62,541 bases of DNA, filler included, from Diploschistes diacapsis (GCA_023645945.1; 23 parts of 23 records of this genome joined end to end with filler, not necessarily neighbours in it); one strand, 5' to 3'; shown: positions 48,314-62,032, counted from the whole stretch's first letter. Notes: generated by a model not told the origin, from the letters alone. Made by a program: numbers and translations.

Positions 48314-49237
48314 TTCTTTTTCTTTTTAGACTTATTTTTCTTATTATAATTTATTAACTTTTAATTCCTTTTAAAGCTTTTAGAATAGAGTTAATCAAAA
48401 TTTAATATTATAATTATTAATTATATAGGCATCCGTAAAGATCTTGCTCGATAAACGATAGTAATTAAATATAATCGTTTTAAACGTCGTACAGTTTAAT
48501 AGTAAATACGGGAATTATAATAAGTATAATAATAATAACCGGGGTATTTATGTTATTAATATTAGTATTTACGGTACGGGTAAAAGATCTATCCGAACAT
48601 ACGCCGCTAAAACAGATAAGAATAAAGAAGATTTAGATAGAATCGAGATATCTTCGGAAGAATTATTAAGAAGTTACGCTTAGAATAATTAAGAAAAGGC
48701 CATTTATTATCAAGAACTCGTTAACGAGGAAGTATTGGAGTAGCAGTTTTTTGATGCTGGCGAACCCGTTATGTCGCTTGACGATAATTAGGATTTCTAT
48801 AACGTGAACGTTGGTTGATTTGATTTAAAGCCAAAGACAGAAGTCACGTGTAAGAGTTATAATAAGATTTGGCCGTTTAAGATTAAGTTACATACGTATC
48901 TTATAGCGGATAAATGCTAGGATTAGAAAATGAAGCCTAAGTATTTAAGGAATGTTAAGAAGAAGAATATTTCGCCGAGTATTATTATTACTAAGGATCC
49001 TGTCGTCCCTAGTTCTGCGCCTTCTATGAATATTGACAGCGCCTCGCCGGCGACTGCCGACCCTTCTACGAGACCTGCATCCATTATTACCTCGCCGACC
49101 CTGATAAAATCATATTATTATATCGATATTATCATTAAGTCGGATATAAAATTTAACTAGAACCCGGATTTCGAATTTAAAAATTATAGATATATGATCG
49201 TATTTACGAAATTAAAAATCAGCAATAAGACATATCG
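48314..49237 (+). mobile_element. RIP-mutated Gypsy gag / pre-protease fragment
   Basis: VTCKSYNKIWPFKIKLHTYL (degraded zinc finger) and NPDFEFKNYRY. Confidence 0.5.
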
Positions 49238-49556
49238 TGAGACAGCCCAGCCCAGGGGCCTGCCAAGCCACGGCAGGGTCAATGCCCAGGTGCTTGCCAA
49301 GCCACGGCAGGGTCAATGCCCAGGTGCTTGCCAAGACACGGCAGGGTCAGGGGGTGGTTGTGTAGATGGGTAGTCCCTGAACCCCGGTAGGCTGGCACCC
49401 ACATTACTTAACGGTGCCTTCTTCTTACTTAGATAGTTTCTTCTTCAGCTTTTCGAATTAAGATCTTTTATTTATAAATGCCTAGTTACACGTAATCTTA
49501 CCGGATCAGGTTTAATTCCCGGTAGTATAATATCTCATTCCTGCGCTAACGTTTCA
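49238..49556 (+). mobile_element. Family A LTR (solo-like)
   Basis: TGAGAC...GTTTCA termini with 34-bp internal repeats; TSD not clean. Confidence 0.85.
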
Positions 49557-50108
49557 TATTCGAAAAGTTCATTTTACTTTCGTATTTGTAACGAGAATTT
49601 AAAACGTTAACCGAATATGAAGTATTCGAATGAGTTCACGATAATCAGAACTCGAAAATATTACTCGCCGATTTATTATAAATAATGGCCTCCGTTGATA
49701 AAAAAGATTAAAAAAGAAGAAAAAAATCGATAATACTTCCGTTTTTTAAAGAATCAATCGAGATATTATCGGTTAAAGAATATAATTTAATAAACGAATC
49801 GTTAGCTAAAAAATAATTTATAAGATATCTCGCGTTATAATAATTATTAACGTTAAAAATCTTCGAAGAATTCAATATTAACGAAAAACCAATACGGGAA
49901 AGATTCTAGAAGGGCCCCCGCGACGAATTTAAACGATAAATATCTTCGTTTAAAGATCCGATGAAAGAATAAATTAATTAAGACAACGTTATCGAGAACG
50001 TAATGGATNNNNNNNNNNNNNNNNNNNNNNNNNNNNNNNNNNNNNNNNNNNNTTAATTAATTAANNNNNNNNNNNNNNNNNNNNNNNNNNNNNNNNNNNN
50101 NNNNNNNN

Positions 50109-51802
50109 ACCTCAACCCCAGCGGCACTGTCTCAAGACTCGCTCCTCTCATCCCCACCACCCCCAGCACAACCTCCCTATCTCTTTCCCTCTCCATCTCC
50201 TTCCCGGGACTATGCGGCCCCGCATTCGCACCGCCCTTGCCGCGCACCCTCACCTTCATCATCTTGTTCTTCGCCGCAGTGTCGTCGTCGGCGCCTGCGC
50301 TCGCATCTGCGCTCAAGCCGAGGCGCATGCGCGAACGCAGATTCTCGAGACTGCCGACCTTGTGGGCTAGAAGGGGAAGGGGAAGGGGATGGTGGGTCTG
50401 GTCCAGATTGGGGCTTGGTGGGTTGATAGACTTCTTTACAGGACTTAGCGTCGCTTCCCGTTCTGTTGGAACTGCTGGTCTGGTGTGCTTTTTGTCGCGG
50501 GTGGGAATACTGGGCTGAGCCTGAGCCTGAGCTTGAACCTGAGTCTGAACGTGAGCCTGAAACTGAGCTTGAGGCTGGACCGGTCCAACAGAAAGTGTGC
50601 CGGAGACGAAGACATCGTCCGCTGTACTCGGCGCGACGAACGACGACGACAACGATGGCGCTACGGAACCCGCCAATGCAACCGATACCTCGCGAATATG
50701 TAACGGCACTTTGGCCGTGGCGTCGCCTTCTGTTCCTGCTTCTGTGCCCACGGGAACCGGAGCAGGGGCTGGAGCTGGACCCATCATTGGCGGAGAAGAA
50801 AGGAAAGAAGAAGGGGACGGGGAAGGAGGACGGGAACGCGAAGGATCTCCAGCCCCACTCCCACTGTCCCTATACGCGCGCCGACGCAGAGAACGCCTTT
50901 CATCTCTATCTCTCTCTCTACCCCTCTCTTTTTCTATCCCTTTCTCTCTTTCCATTTCCTTTTCGCGGGTCGGTGAGCCCAGAAATTCAACCTGTAGACC
51001 AGCAGGACCAACATCACCGCCATTAACGCACGGAACCTGCACCTGAGCCCCGCCTCGCTTGCCGCCCATTTCAACACGGCGCAGACGCGCGGGCGAGAGC
51101 GCGCTGGCATCTTCGGAGGAGTTAGCGTAGCGGCGGAATGAGGGTAGGGGGCTTCTGTAGGATTTTAGGACTGCGCTGGGGGACGCTGAGGGCGAGAGCT
51201 GGCTGGGATCTTGGCTTTCGCTGTGAGCGCTTGGTTTGGTGGGTGAGGGAAGGGTGTGGTTGTCAAGGAGGTGCTGGACTCGGTCTGTGGAGCGGGGGAT
51301 GCGGCTTGCGAGAGGTCTGAGGGAGGTGGTGTGGGGTGGGGCGTCGGGTGAAGGAGTGGGGAGGTGGGAAGTGGAAGTGGAGCTGGGATTGGGATTGGGA
51401 TTCTGGGATCCGGCTGCTATAGGAGGGAGGGAGTGAGATGCTTTGCGTTGGTATGTTAGTAGGGACGCAGATATGGCTTTTGTGTGGGAAAGGAGTTTGA
51501 AGAAGAGCAGAACGTACCCTTCTCCCACCCTAGAACTCCCGCGCCGAACACTGGGCTCGGCGGGACCTGCAGTTCCTGGATCTCAAAGCCCTCTCTGTCT
51601 TCCTTTGGGCCCTTGTCCTTAACTCTACCATCAACCCTGCCACTATCCTCGTCCATATTCCCCTTCTTCAACTCCCCACCACGACCCCCACCCTTGTCAT
51701 CCAAATCATCTACTCCACTCTTAATCGCCTCCTCAACCAGATCATCCCCTTGCCTGCCTCCTCCAGATTCAAATTCAGGCTCACCCCTCCTCTTTTCCTT
51801 CC
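50109..51802 (-). CDS. Internal fragment of a low-complexity Ser/Pro/Arg-rich hypothetical protein (intron about 51443-51516)
   Basis: Long open frame in GC-rich DNA; gtacgt...ctaac...ag intron signals. Confidence 0.55.
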
Positions 51803-51902
51803 NNNNNNNNNNNNNNNNNNNNNNNNNNNNNNNNNNNNNNNNNNNNTTAATTAATTAANNNNNNNNNNNNNNNNNNNNNNNNNNNNNNNNNNNNNNNNNN
51901 NN

Positions 51903-52326
51903 GAATCAACGATAGATTAAAGTATATCGATATTATTTATTATTATATACGGGATTTAGTTAAACGAGGCCGTATTAATATTATTTATATATTTATAAAT
52001 AAAATAATTATCGACGGATTAACGAAACCACTAAATTACGTTAAACACGATATATTTATTAAAGAACTTAAATTAATATAAAAAGCATCTAATTAAACTA
52101 AATAAACATACCGATAGTTCCGCCCGTGAAAGAATGTTAAGCAGGTAAATAGAATACATGGCTGAGAAGTTCAGCTGAACCTACTGGGATTCCTGTTAAT
52201 CCTAATCGGGAGTAGTGCAAATCTATAGGGCTTAGTGGATCCTATTGGTATAAGAGCTTACATGTAGACTATTCCTTCTAGTTAGATCTCTAGATATCTA
52301 GACTTCAATACATGCGTTGCCCAAAA
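51903..52326 (+). mobile_element. Copia RNase H C-terminus plus a diverged family C-like 3' LTR (from about 52134)
   Basis: IIDGLTKPLNYVKHDIFIKEL matches the ADGLTKPL motif. Confidence 0.75.
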
Positions 52327-52501
52327 ATTAATACCGATAATATCAAAATTATAATTTCTAAAATTGATTTTATTTGTCAATTATTTACTTTCCTCTAGAA
52401 TAACTAAAAGATAAGCATATATTTCTTTATTTAGCCTTATTAATAGATCTATAGAAAGACATATTACCTGCGTAAATAAAGTTATATTAATATTTAGGAT
52501 A

Positions 52502-52684
52502 ACGTGTTTGACGGTTATCTCGGCCACCCTCTATCTCGGCCACCTTAAATCACTACCGCTAACATTCTACGGGTTTTAGATACAACCTATTCGTCATAAT
52601 CAGAATTTAATCGATCCGAATCGAATCTATTTCTTTCTTCATTCTCCTCGATTTCAGAAACGCGACGACGTTTTTTACGCGTTA
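52502..52684. mobile_element. Pogo/Fot1-like element terminus
   Basis: TA then ACGTGTTTGACGG with doubled tctcggccacc sub-repeats; related ends at 58790 and 59859. Confidence 0.65.
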
Positions 52685-52932
52685 TGTTACGATCCAAGTA
52701 CCAGACTTGGCACGTCCCAGCTTTGTTGTATATAGACCAGTCACGGGACGGGGGGTCACGTGATATGCTTACTGCTCACGTTCATTCTTATAAACGGCGA
52801 GTAGACTTTCGTCACCGCTCGATAATCGCGTTTACTTTTATAAGCGACGAGTCTCGAAAGCACCGTTCGCTAAACTTGTAATAAACGGCGAGCGAGCTGA
52901 TTATATATAAGCACGATTGTACCTTCGTAAAA
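52685..52932. mobile_element. Probable solo LTR
   Basis: tgttacga...tcgtaaaa termini. Confidence 0.45.
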
Positions 52933-53446
52933 GAAAGCGTATTTATTTTTATAAATATCTTTAATTATTACTCGAGATTAATTTATATTCGTTATTTCTA
53001 TCTTTAAAAAGCCTTTTTTTTAGAAATAGTTTAAGATTTATAATTATTTTATCTTTTTTTTTTGCTATATTTCTTTTCTAATAGAGATTAAACTCACCTT
53101 AATTTTATTTATATATATTTTATATAAATAAAGATTATAATACTTAAATATCTTTAAGAATAAATATTTTAAATAATATAATCGGGCGATCGTTATCGAT
53201 AATTAAATCCGTATTATTTCGAGTATTTAAAACAATAACGCTATTAAATAAAACCGATGTCCCGATAACAGATATTACGGAAGCTAAAGATAACGATCTC
53301 GGAAGTAACGATAAACCCGACGAAAACAAATCGTATAAAGAATTCATTATAAAAATTATAAGATTAATAACGTTTTATAAAGATCGTAAGAAATTAAAGC
53401 ACTAAATATTTTAATTTTCAATATATTTCTACTGAAATCTATATAT

Positions 53447-53595
53447 TAGGCTGGCCGTCACGGACACTGACACGGCCGTGGCAGTGTCCGTGTTTTGAAA
53501 TTTTCAGCCGTAATATCCGTGTTCGTGTTTTTACTACAGTATAATATCCGTGGAAGTATCCGTGTTTTAAAAATTTTAATCGTAATGTCCGTGTC
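53447..53595. mobile_element. Partial family B MITE
   Basis: TIR taggctggccgtcacggacac. Confidence 0.8.
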
Positions 53596-53695
53596 NNNNN
53601 NNNNNNNNNNNNNNNNNNNNNNNNNNNNNNNNNNNNNNNTTAATTAATTAANNNNNNNNNNNNNNNNNNNNNNNNNNNNNNNNNNNNNNNNNNNN

Positions 53696-54273
53696 CGAAA
53701 ACAAAAAACGCTTCTTAATAATTATAAAACCCGTAAATTAAATAAATAAATACATAAGATTGAAAAATCGTTTTATATTTAATATAAACGAAGTAAACCC
53801 TTAACGTAACTTCCTCTTCCTTTAATAATATTATTAATAATAATCTTTTTATTTTACCGTTATTATATAAATAAATTTTATAATTCTTATCGATGTAATC
53901 GTATATAAAGCTATAATTCTGATATTAAATATCGTGTAAAACATATTCGTAATATCGTTTAAACGTTACGTTTATGATTAAGTTATCGTTTAAACGTTAC
54001 GTTTATGATTAAGTTATCGTATAGAACATACTTCCCGTTTTAATATATTAAATATTCGTAGCGGAAATCCTTATATTTAGTTAGATCTTCGTGGTTTAGA
54101 TAATTTCGATTTATTAGTAATAAAAGCTTTCTTTTAAAAGTATTTTTTTAATAATAATACGGTTATTAATGCGAAACTTATATAATACGTTTTCGTTTAA
54201 ATTATTATTTAAAGATTCTCGAGTGTTTGATTTAACGTTAAAGATCGGATAACATATTTATGTTTCCGCGAGT
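53696..54273. mobile_element. RIP-mutated repeat, possibly pogo-like; includes a tandem duplication of about 31 bp near 53954-54020
   Basis: The start matches 59525-59620; atcgtttaaacgttacgtttatgattaagtt occurs twice. Confidence 0.4.
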
Positions 54274-55387
54274 TGAAACGCCAGCGCAAGAAAGGATGCT
54301 ACTCTACCGGGGGCTGGGCCTGATCCGAAAGGATTAGATATAGCTTGAACATCTGTAAATAAAAGGTCTCGATTCGAAAAGCTAAAGAAGAAACTATTTA
54401 AATGGAAGGAGAGCACCGTTAAATAATATAAATGCCAGACCTACCGGGGTTCGGGGACTATCTATCTACACAACCACCCCCTGACCCTGCCGTGACTTAG
54501 TAGACACCTAAACATTAACCCTACCGTAGCTTAACAGGCCCCTAAGCTGAGCTATCTTACTACCCCTCTTTTTAGATATTTATGTCTCTTATAAACGCGA
54601 TGTTCTTTTTTAATTAATCTTTACCTCGATCTTTATTTCTTTTTCTAATTTATTCAAAAGGATACCCGTTATTTTTTCGTAATAAATATTTCCGTCTCTT
54701 TAAACTCCTTTCAGCGTCGTTTCTAATTAAATACGCTCTCAGATTCTATAAGAAAATATAATCGTCGTAATGATCGATACCGCCTTATTTTAAAAATTCG
54801 TCCCCGTTTATAATTCTTACTAACGTAGGCTGCCTATCTCCGGGTATTATTAATCACGAAAATCTTATCTTTTCGAAATTTAATTAATAAAATTCCCGTA
54901 AAATCTCGAAGGCGTTTTTAAAATTAACGGCGAGATATTAGCTATCGTCGATAAATTATTTTACCCAACGTACCCTATATTGGACGTTCATTCCTCGCCC
55001 GGGGCCTCTTCTGGCGTCAAGGATCTTCTCGATCTCCTATTCTTCTCCGTCCTCCGTCTTTACCGAGAATGATTTAAGATACGTCTATCTTTTTAAAAAA
55101 TCTTGCGAGTCTTTCGAAAATAAAAACGAATAAAAGGTTTTAAATTATTTTATCGACTTTAATAGAACCAGCTAGAAATTTATATCGCTTATCTTTCGTA
55201 AAACGTTATAAAGGCCGCTTCATTTATTATCCAACTTCTTATAGATCCGAATAATTTTAATATTACGTATATTTAACTAAACCGAGTCGCCGGGATTAAT
55301 CTTTTTAACGAGGCGTCGATATTCGTCCGCGTATCGCTTTTATCGCTATTACGTTAATATTATATATCTTTTAACGAAGTTCTAGAT
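54274..55387 (-). mobile_element. Family A Gypsy 3' LTR plus internal tail
   Basis: Collinear with 2420-3513. Confidence 0.8.
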
Positions 55388-55488
55388 NNNNNNNNNNNNN
55401 NNNNNNNNNNNNNNNNNNNNNNNNNNNNNNNTTAATTAATTAANNNNNNNNNNNNNNNNNNNNNNNNNNNNNNNNNNNNNNNNNNNNC

Positions 55489-56298
55489 CGCCCGACCGTC
55501 GCCTTTCCCTCGTCCCCCCGCTCCCTCGCCACCTCCACCTTCTCCACCACAGGCCTCGCCTCCTTCAACAACTTCGCCGCCCAAAATGGCGACGGCTCCA
55601 CCGTCTGCCAGCCCTCCGGGCCCGGCAAACCCACCGTCGGCACCTCCACCACCCCCGTCTTCAGCGCCGCCATCAACGACCTCTCGCTCCTCTGGAACAC
55701 CACCGTCGGGCCCGACAACCTCTGCGGCGGCCCCAGCCTCACCAACGACACAGCTCAATGCTCGCCTTCCCCGCCCCCGGCGCCCGGCTGCCCATCCCAG
55801 TTCATCAGCACCTTCTGCGATGCGCCGCAGTGTTTCCAGCTAACGAACCAGGGCGTGTACAAGGGGAAGGCGGGCGTGCCGGACACGGGGGTGCAGGGCC
55901 TTGGTGCGGGGAACAGCGTGGTGGTGCAGATCATCGACGCCTGTCCCGTGCACAACCCGAGCAATTTTTGCGGGGGTGGTGACACGCCGCCGGATTGGAG
56001 GTGCTCGGATAACAACCAGCAGTTCGACGTCGATGTCGGGGCGTATGCGGCGCTGACGGAGGGGCTGGAGGTGGGTTCCTTTTCTTTTCTTTTTTTTTTT
56101 TTGCCCCTTCTGCTTCGGTTTCTTCGGATATGTAGAGGGAGGAAGGGAGGGTGAGTGACTTCACCTGGGATGGAAACGGGGCTAATCTTTTTTTGAGTCT
56201 TTGAATAGGGGCCGCAGGATCTGGCGATTGGTATCGAGCAGGTCGCTTGCCCCGGCGCGGCGCCGGCGCAGCAGGGGGGTGGCGGCGCTTCGTTTTGA
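55489..56298 (+). CDS. GH45 subfamily C / expansin-like double-psi beta-barrel protein, 5'-partial (intron about 56071-56208)
   Basis: SAAINDL, CFQLT, VVVQIIDACPVHNPSNFCG, QFDVD, IEQVAC; Cys-rich. Confidence 0.7.
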
Positions 56299-56808
56299 CT
56301 GCACGGCCTCGGGTATCTGGCGCACGTAATATAGGGCGAGGGCGAGATCGTGAGGGAAACGAGGGATGAAGCATGAGGCACGAAGCATGCAGCGTAAAAG
56401 CGGACTGGGGGCTGTATATATTCCTGTACATGTGTTTTATCTTCCAACTCTTTGGCCGTCTCGACCGTGTATATATATATATATTCTCTTTCTTTCTTCT
56501 TTGGGTCCCATCCGTGTAGGTCTCGCATCCCACATCGCCTCGCATCGCAGTTGACGAGGGCATCGGGCAGCTTTCTTTTTGTAGCAGCGGTGTATTGTTG
56601 ACCGTGAGATTTTCTTTCGCCGGCGCACCCCAACAGACTCGCTAGCACATGTGCATACAGTAGCAGGAAGAGAGGGTTTGAGAGCATCGAGGACCCGGCA
56701 TCCCAATAGCGTGGGCAGATAGCATCTAGGTCTGTGCTCTCTTTGTTTCTTCTCCTGCTCATCCGGTGTGCCCATCCTAGTCTCGCCATTATGCAGACTA
56801 TTCTATAG

Positions 56809-57177
56809 TCACAGCCTCGGTCGAGCATATGGGGTTTCACTTCCCCCGTACTCTGCCCACTGGGTACTGGTTCGGCCGCCCTTGGTACGCGTTCCCGTCC
56901 GTGGTCGGACGGGTCTCGATCCGACGTCTTTGGGTAGCCGATGCGTCCGTTTAGGCGCAACCGGCGCTTCCCGTACCCTACCGACCTGCCTTGTCCAAAT
57001 CGATCCCCTCCTTCTCACGAGTGGCCCTTGCTCGGCCCCCCTTTGGCTAATACTCCCCACACGAACCCTTTTCCTCATCTTCTTTCCCCACGAAACCCTC
57101 CCCCTTCTCCTCTTTTCCTTACTTCCATCCGTCGTCATTTCCTTCCCATCCCCCTCCATCTCTTCTTTACCCTTGTC
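56809..57177 (-). CDS. Possible basic C-terminal fragment of a hypothetical protein
   Basis: Open frame from the contig end; no recognisable domain. Confidence 0.3.
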   Translation of the reverse strand, partial: DKGKEEMEGDGKEMTTDGSKEKRRRGRVSWGKKMRKRVRVGSISQRGAEQGPLVRRRGSIWTRQVGRVREAPVAPKRTHRLPKDVGSRPVRPRTGTRTKGGRTSTQWAEYGGSETPYARPRL

Positions 57178-57277
57178 NNNNNNNNNNNNNNNNNNNNNNN
57201 NNNNNNNNNNNNNNNNNNNNNTTAATTAATTAANNNNNNNNNNNNNNNNNNNNNNNNNNNNNNNNNNNNNNNNNNNN

Positions 57278-57963
57278 GTCGAGATCCACCACTTCTTACC
57301 CTGTCCCTCATCTCCCATCTTGACTCGAACGCGGCTCATCGCCGCCCGGCAAGCAGCCACTTCCTCGACCGACCGAATGGTCTCGAACGCGACGTAATCG
57401 ATCGCATCCCACGCGGGAGCGTCAGAGGCGAATATTGCGAGTCGCGCGGCGTGCCATGCCTCGAGCGCGGCGGAAGACTGCATGGAGACGGGGTAGGCGG
57501 GGACGCCGATGTAGTCGGCGGACGAGGGGAGGGTTGCGCCGTGGGGGCCTAGGGTCAGGGCTAGTTGGGGCTTGGGGCAGAGATGAGGGGGCTGGTGAAA
57601 TCGTGATGATAGGGCGAGGGGAATGGCGCTGCGCATGAGTGTGGCGGCTTCAGAAGGCGAGTAGCCATCTCCAGGCGCATTGGAGTCGGGGGAGCAGGGC
57701 GCTAAGGCGGAGGTGGATGTGGTCTTGGTTCGCGGCGTTCGAGCAAAACTAGAGGTGCTGGCCTGGTATGTTGCCGTCGAGATGATGTCGGCGCCGGTGG
57801 AGGCGAAGGCATGGTGGGTCGAGGCGAGAGTCTGCGGGGAAGAGATCAGGAGGTGGGAGGACCAGAGCGGCGTGGTGTCGTCGTATGTGATGTTGTACGG
57901 AGGAGACGTGAGGGTTGTGCCTAGGCCGCCGTCAAGGAGAAGGATGGGAAAGTTAGTGGGCAT
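57278..57963 (-). CDS. Homocysteine S-methyltransferase (Mht1/Sam4 family), 3'-partial
   Basis: ILLLDGGLGTTL, PLWSSHLL, GADIISTATYQAS, LGPHGA, YVAFETI. Confidence 0.9.
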
Positions 57964-58328
57964 TGTAGTGCTGCGATAGCGAGCCACATCCTAGTATTAA
58001 CGTTACATGAATGCCAGCTAATGACTAGCAAGTGGCACTTCCCACCATGTAGCTTGCCAGTGCCGAGGTGCCCACCCCTCACACTATGACTATTGCGTAA
58101 AAGCTCTTAAGGATAGAACTATAGAATATGAATATGATTGATTAAGACAACTTTGGCGCTGAATTATTTTTGTACCCAAGTATTATGGTTCTTAATACCA
58201 TCCCATTAATCCAAAGCAATACGATTACGAACGCGGGTATCGATTACGTTACTTTAATTAATTAAATCAAAAAGATTCAAAAGCTTAGGATCTAAATCAT
58301 AAAACCCTAAAATAAATTAATTTAAAAG

Positions 58329-58548
58329 TGTCAGATAATTAACCTAAATGGGTTAGTCTATCCGACTAGTTAAACATTAATAGGACCCTGAAGGTTCTTT
58401 AACCCTTCAGGACACGTCATTAACAACTGTTGAACATCCTACTAACCATAGTCAAACATCCTACTAGTAGTTATGGACTATTAGGTGGGATTGTAGATGA
58501 TCTAGATCATCAGATCATTAATCCAACTATTGGATTAATAATCTGATA
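58329..58548. mobile_element. Probable LTR inserted into Copia internal sequence
   Basis: tgtcagataatt...ataatctgata termini; the left flank matches 40070-40165. Confidence 0.5.
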
Positions 58549-59066
58549 ATTCCTAAGCGAAGCTTAGGACTATAGTTGCAGATTAGTGTGTTTATGGGCG
58601 CAGAAAAAACCGTAGATAAGAAAAATTAACTCCGAATATTAATCAAGAGTTTGATTAACCGAAATGAGTTTATAACGAATTTGATTAATCGAACTAAATT
58701 ATAATTAAATTAAACTAAACTAAATTTCCCGTCGTGTTTCCGTTTCTTCTTTTCGCCCGTAATTCTTTTTATTTAATATTTTTAATATAACGTGTTTCAC
58801 GGGGATTCCGGCCACCTCCAGATTCCGGCCACCTCAAATCACTATTTTTATCTTACATTCGATCTTTCTTAACAATAACTATCTCGTATAATAATAATTC
58901 GATTTTAATAAAATTTAATATTAACGATTATTTATAGGCCCTAAAATTATAATAATATATTAATATNNNNNNNNNNNNNNNNNNNNNNNNNNNNNNNNNN
59001 NNNNNNNNNNTTAATTAATTAANNNNNNNNNNNNNNNNNNNNNNNNNNNNNNNNNNNNNNNNNNNN

Positions 59067-59383
59067 ATACGGACACTACATTTCCGTACATTTATCGAAA
59101 TATTACGGTAAATCCACCGAAACACCGTAATAAAAATTTTTTAAAAAATAAGAGCGTAAGAAATAGGCGTAATAATTCTAAAATTATTAAAATTAAAAAA
59201 ATATTTAAAAGTGTTTCGATAAATACGCGGACACGGACACCGTAATAAAAATTTCTCGTCACGGACACTGACACGGACACTGCACTTCCGTGAATCCGCG
59301 GACACGGACACCGCAGCTAAAAATCTAAAATACTGACACTGACACTGTCAGTGTCCGTGTCAGTGTCAGTGACGGCCAGCCTA
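59067..59383. mobile_element. Partial family B MITE
   Basis: Ends gacggccagccta; reverse complement of the 5' part of 44983. Confidence 0.8.
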
Positions 59384-59519
59384 CTACGAAAGACTAATAA
59401 AGAATTTAATTAGACGTTGCGAGCCGTTCTAGAATTAACTAACCCAATTCAACGTTATCCGAGTCGAATAACTCGTATACTTAAATCGACGTATACTAAA
59501 TTCACAACGCTTCGTAAAG

Positions 59520-59859
59520 TAAACCGAAAGTAAAAAACGCTTCTTAATAATCGTAAAAAACGTAAATTAAATAAACGAATCGAATTAGAAAGTCGTTTTA
59601 TGTTTAATATAAACGAAGTTCTTAAAATAGTAACTCGGGTTAAATCGAATCGGACAGTTTTAAAACGATCTATAACGCGTAAAAAACGTCGTCGCGTTTC
59701 TGAAATCGAGGAGAATGAAAAGAAAAAAGATAAATTCGATTTCGATCGATTAGATTCTGATTGCGACGAATAGGTTAGATTTAAAAACCGTAGAATGTTA
59801 GCGGTAGTGATTTGAGGTCACCCAGATGGGGGGGTGGCCTAGATGACCGTGAAACACGT
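59520..59859. mobile_element. Pogo/Fot1-like non-autonomous element end
   Basis: Ends ccgtgaaacacgt then TA; reverse complement of 52502-52684. Confidence 0.65.
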
Positions 59860-60377
59860 TATACTAAAACGTCGGTATCACCGATGCATTTAATAGAAAT
59901 AATTTTATTTTTAATAATAACGTTTTTAGCTGTATTATTAACTTTATTATTATATTTTAGTTCACGTTCAGGTTTAGGTTCAGATTTTCAACTTTTTAAA
60001 CTTTTATCGTCTGAACCTTCTGCATTATAGGCGCGCTTATTCTTACCTTTCTTATCGCGGATCTTTCGGGACTCTTTTCTTTTCTTTCGCTTCTTATCTT
60101 TTATTAAAATGATTATTTGCCTGAACTCCTTGGCGAGCTAATATTATATTACGCGATGGTTATTGTCCTTATAAAATAAATATCTTCTTATTTGGTTAGA
60201 ATGGCGGCGTTGTCTTTCGTCGGGTCGTTCCTGGTAGGTTCGAGACGGTCCATCGTGACGAAGAGAATATGTTATAATCTCGTCTGTCAGCTTCTTTTGC
60301 TTGTCTGTTAGTCTATTGAGTCATTTATCGAAATCGATATCGGCGGATAAAACACTATCGATTTACGTATCAATAAC

Positions 60378-60754
60378 TGTTGAGCAACGTAATGGATATA
60401 TTAAAGTCTAGAGGTCTTATCTATCAAGATATCCTATTACGCAAACTTTTATACCCTACGGAAGCCGCTAAGCCTTACTGTTAACACTACTCTCGATCGG
60501 CTTAATGAGAATCCTAAGAGGTTTAACTAAACTGAACCTCAGAATTCAATTAAACTAAATTTCTTTCTCAAATTTAATCGAATTCTTAATCATACCTTGT
60601 AACAGCGGGGGGAAGTGCTTAATAGGTAGCGCTATCCCACTGAGCCAAAAGACTAACCACAATGCTTTCAGGAACCCCGAAGCACTGTTTCCCTATTACA
60701 TTATATGTAGGTGCGTGGCTGTGGTAGTAGGCGGCAGATGTGTAACCCCGCAGG
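60378..60754. mobile_element. Family C LTR (minus, 60378-60597) interrupted by a family D LTR (60598-60754, partial)
   Basis: Direct similarity to the other copies of both families. Confidence 0.8.
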
Positions 60755-60854
60755 NNNNNNNNNNNNNNNNNNNNNNNNNNNNNNNNNNNNNNNNNNNNTT
60801 AATTAATTAANNNNNNNNNNNNNNNNNNNNNNNNNNNNNNNNNNNNNNNNNNNN

Positions 60855-62032
60855 AAGTAGATCATTTTAAAGCTCTTAAATAATAAATTATATCAATCTT
60901 TAGTTTACCATACTGGCGCGTCGATATAAACCTATATTCGCTTCGGCATAAACTGAACTAATCTAACAAACAAATCCCATTCCTTACTTTTTAAAAACAT
61001 TCTAAAAGCGTCTCGAATTCCTGTTTTTAAAACTTCTATCTTCTTTAACCTACTTTCGGTTATAGTTTTAAGCTCTAAATGAAATTAAAAAACCTTCTTT
61101 TTTAACGTAGGCCATAGATGCTCAATAATGTTCAAATCTAAACTATAAAGGGGATGCTCGAGCATTTAAACACCTAATTTCTTTTGAAACGCTTTGACAT
61201 TATTAATATTATATATAAAAATATTGTCGTGCAAAAAAGTTTATGCAAGTTCGTAAATTTAGGATATAATATCGCGTAAAAATAAATAATATATTCCGGC
61301 GGTAGCTGTTCGTTCATTTATATAATATTCGTCGAAAAAACATTATAAGACGCGTCCGTCTGCCTTCATAAAAGCGACTATTAAAATATTTTCTTTATTC
61401 CTAAATCTGGCGGCGATATGCTCGTACAGCTATTGCTTTTTAGAGTGCCTTTAAACCTATTATCGGATCTCGCCGTTATTAATCTATATTAAGCATTAAT
61501 CTACCCCACCAAACGTTGGCCCAATCCTCTGCACGCCAGCTCCTATTAACTCTCGCATATCTCAAGCGGTTTATAGCGTCTTTAAGGTCCAAATAGGGGC
61601 GCCATCGCTTCGGATATTTCTTAAAAAAAGGATCGATTTCGGCGAATCTTCGACGTATTATATTCTTATTAACAAACGTCGATTCGAGCAATTCGCGCCA
61701 TTATGTATCTAATTGCCTCCTAGCGCTTCAATAGAGCCTATTTTCTTAATTTTCGGTAGTAATTCGGGGTCGTCTTGAACGATCGATATCATACTATTGA
61801 TCATCGCGCTTTAAAATTTTATTTTTCGTATATTAAGCTATAGAATAGGGAATATTTAATTTTTCGCCAGTATTCTTGAAAATATTACCGCTATAGAGAG
61901 CGCCGCGGAGCTCCGAACGCTCGAACGGCTTCAAACGGTGTTGTGGTGTCATAATTAGAAGAATAATAGCAAGAGTTAATTGTTTATTTACTACCGCTTA
62001 TGGTGGACCTGACTACTTTTGGCCTAGTACTG
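60855..62032 (-). mobile_element. Near full-length RIP-mutated Tc1-like transposon
   Basis: TIR CAGTACTAGGCCAAAAGTAG next to TA; ATG near 61952; RLRYAR..RSW..EDWANVWW; degraded PPYSxDLNxIEHLW region. Confidence 0.8.

Noticed and set aside
49233..49561. TSD around the family A LTR
   Set aside because: The flanks tatcg and tattc do not match, even allowing RIP transitions.
55755..56960. 401-aa minus-strand ORF
   Set aside because: It is an antisense shadow of the GC-rich GH45-like gene and runs through its intron and a TA microsatellite; no domain signal.
46518..57963. Clustering of POLD4, the GH45-like gene and homocysteine methyltransferase with transposons or the Starship
   Set aside because: They are on separate unlinked contigs; the adjacency comes from size-ordered concatenation.
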